Shown one piece after another: positions 61,729-64,000 of a DNA stretch of 64,000 nt. The notes under the pieces are model-generated. The model saw nothing but the letters and a program-made list of their open reading frames with translations, did not search any database and was not told the origin of the DNA. Numbering within the stretch: the first letter of the stretch is position 1; each line of letters begins with the position of its first letter. The DNA comes from Phaeosaccion multiseriatum (Eukaryota; Protista; Ochrophyta, other classes), in assembly GCA_965112735.1 (NCBI GenBank), contig OZ218950.1:4154001-4218000 (forward strand), given 5' to 3'. The translations under genes were made by a program, and so were the position numbers.

Positions 61729-63475
61729 CTCTTTGGGAAGGGAGGGGGGGGAGGGGGCGGTTGGTTTCTTTCAGTGTCTTCCCCCCCCACTCCCTCTTGT
61801 GCTTTGTTCGACACTCGAGAGCTGGATGACGCTATGGAGAGGAGAGGGGCACCAAAGCAACGGCTGTGCTGTATTGTAGGTAACACTGTAGAAAGAGAGA
61901 AAGAGAAAAAATACTGAAAAATGTTCCAACGGCATTTAACGGCATTCTTCCCCTCGTCGCTCCAACGTGTGGGAATGTCCAGTCTCGCCCCGCCCCGTCC
62001 TCGCGTTCGCTGATCGAAGCAATAGCTCTGTGCTGCGTTAGTCTTATTGGACTGGCGAGGCTTTTTCGAGCTCTTCAATTCGAATTCGACTGCCTCCGAT
62101 CGATATACAGGCACCAACGAGACAGACGGGCGAACATCCCTACTGTACTGCTGCCTCTGCATGGCCAATTGCAAGGAGGGAGTCCTTCACCCCTCAGAAG
62201 CACTCATCCTCCTGGGGCGGGCCTGGCAAAGCACAAAGCACACTTGCTTGCTTCGGGGTTGTGACAAAACAGCGGTCTCAGTTCGTCTTAATTACGTAAC
62301 TTACGTAAGAAAGAGTGGGGAGTGCCTGTGGTCGATGGTGGCAAAAGAGGGGAGGGAAAAACGCCTTTAATTGGAGGAAGGAGGGGGCACGTCACAGCGC
62401 AGCATTGATCTTCAGGGAGAGGGCACAGCGGGGATTGTCGGTCGAAGCGCGGTAAACGTCAGTGTCCTGCTGGAGACTCCGTGTGGCACAGGTTAGAAGG
62501 AAGAGGCGCGAGGGGGGGGAGTTGGGGGGGGGGGGGGGTGGAAGAACGCGCAGAGGAGAGGGCAGGAGGCGCGCACAGACGGAGAGCCGGATCGCCTGTT
62601 AGGTGAGTGTGGGTGATAGAGGTGCGGAGGTCTGGAGAGAAGAGGAGGAAACTGAGAAGAGGTGGAGACGGGGCGGGGAAGGGGAGCAGCAGACTGCAAA
62701 TCGGGAGTGAGCTGGAAGCAGCCATCGGAACTGCTTGATGAAGACGGCGAAGCATAGTATGGAGGGGCGGCAAGACTATGGCGGCTGTCGAAAACTGGCG
62801 TTGACTTTGGTCGAACTGCCGGCAGCGGTGTCATTCTGCCTTTTCAGCGGAGGAGTGGCTGGATGGCAGAGAGAGAGAGAGAGAGAGAGAGGACTGAGGC
62901 CTTTGTTTCGTTGCTTGTCTCTGCTGGGGGCTTCGTACTCGCGTTTCTGCCTTCCGCGCTGGATTCCCATTCGTGTGGTATGGTGGGGAAGCACTTGACC
63001 TGTTGCACCTCCCTCCCATCCTTGTCAGTCCTCACCCTCTTTGCCGTATCACCTTGGGGTAGTTACGATGAATGCGTAGCTCCTGCCAAACAGTCTTACG
63101 CCGAGTGCGCCGGCAGGCCACAAAGGCGGAGAGCTTTTGATTTGTTCCGTAGATGCCCAGCGTTGAGGTCCACGTTGGGGTGTGGCAGGGAGGGTGGGAA
63201 GGACTGTTGCCCCTATAGGTTTGGGGCAAGACATGCAGAGCAGCTGTCGCGGACGTGGGAGAGTGCACAAGCGCGTCTCTTACGCTGGAGTCGGTGTGTT
63301 GCCCCCCCCAACACACACCTGCCAGTTTGCCTCCCGGTCTAAGCTTGACACCCTGACGAATCGACCCCCCCCCCAAACCCCCAAATCTACCGTCTCATAA
63401 TCCGATTGCGAGCAGGTGCCAAGCTTGCGTGCGTGCGCGCGTGCGTGCGTGGGCGTTGGACACCACTGAGTCGCC

Positions 63476-64000
63476 ATGGAGCTCCGAGTGGGCAAGAAGT
63501 ATCGGCTGGGCCGCAAGATTGGCTCCGGCTCGTTCGGCGACATTTACCTCGGTACCAACATGACCACGGGGGAAGAGGTGGCCATTAAGCTGGAGAGCAC
63601 AAAGACCAAGCACCCACAGCTGCTCTACGAGTCCAAGATCTACCGCATCCTGCACGGAGGACGTAAGTTGGACACACACACGCAGCGTCGTAGTTGTGCA
63701 TGTGTGTCTGGGGTGTGTGTGTGTGTGTGTGTGTGTCTGGGGTGTGTGTGTGTGTGTTTGCACGCCCCCGAGTACATGACACACCGGCGATGGGATGCCC
63801 GCCCTCCTTCGGCAGGATTTGTCATTTGTCACTCGTCCGTTCACTCCGGCCTCCTTGTGTTCGTGCATATGTGCCTTTCTTGCATTTCGTTCTCAATCTT
63901 CCCCGCCCCGCCGCTCCCACCCCACCCACTCGATGAATGCAAACAGTTGGTATTCCCACTGTGCGCTGGTACGGTGTGGAGGGAGACTACAACGTCATGG
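63476..64000 (+). CDS. CK1: Casein kinase 1, 5' part (exon 1 63476-63662, exon 2 from 63947, truncated by window end)
   Basis: [26 protein letters not shown]...VAIKLE...[35 protein letters not shown]. Confidence 0.97.
   Translation, partial: MELRVGKKYRLGRKIGSGSFGDIYLGTNMTTGEEVAIKLESTKTKHPQLLYESKIYRILHGGRKLDTHTQRRSCACVSGVCVCVCVCLGCVCVCLHAPEYMTHRRWDARPPSAGFVICHSSVHSGLLVFVHMCLSCISFSIFPAPPLPPHPLDECKQLVFPLCAGTVWRETTTSW

Noticed and set aside
61730-63475. Possible gene between the last MITE and CK1
   Set aside because: Only short ORFs, no recognisable motif, and I could not build a consistent exon chain.

Overview
Gene-dense, GC-rich eukaryotic DNA with spliceosomal introns full of microsatellites. 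The host is probably a photosynthetic stramenopile (inferred from a plastid-type presequence and CxxxGC...CxxHG zinc-finger repeats). I built eleven gene models by hand from splice signals and phase compatibility: a DUF3110-like protein (-), a ~2,780-aa protein joining seven SAP domains to a Nup153/Nup1-like FG nucleoporin (-), a ~2,860-aa TPS-TPP protein with degenerate catalytic motifs (+), a coiled-coil protein with an N-terminal CM1-like motif (-), a zinc-finger repeat protein with a frameshift in a (GAG)n tract (+), ATP11 (+), a membrane-anchored CRAL-TRIO protein (+), EXO70 (-), TAF6 (+), an unknown two-exon gene (+) and the 5' end of casein kinase 1 (+). Most ORFs in the supplied track are shadows of low-complexity sequence. 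The main findings are the multi-SAP nucleoporin, an intergenic MITE family with TC(A/G)ACCCCTGA termini and 6-bp target-site duplications, intron microsatellites that start at the donor GT and often have a complementary partner near the acceptor, and a probable giant TPS pseudo-enzyme. No database search was run; family calls rest on motif recognition.
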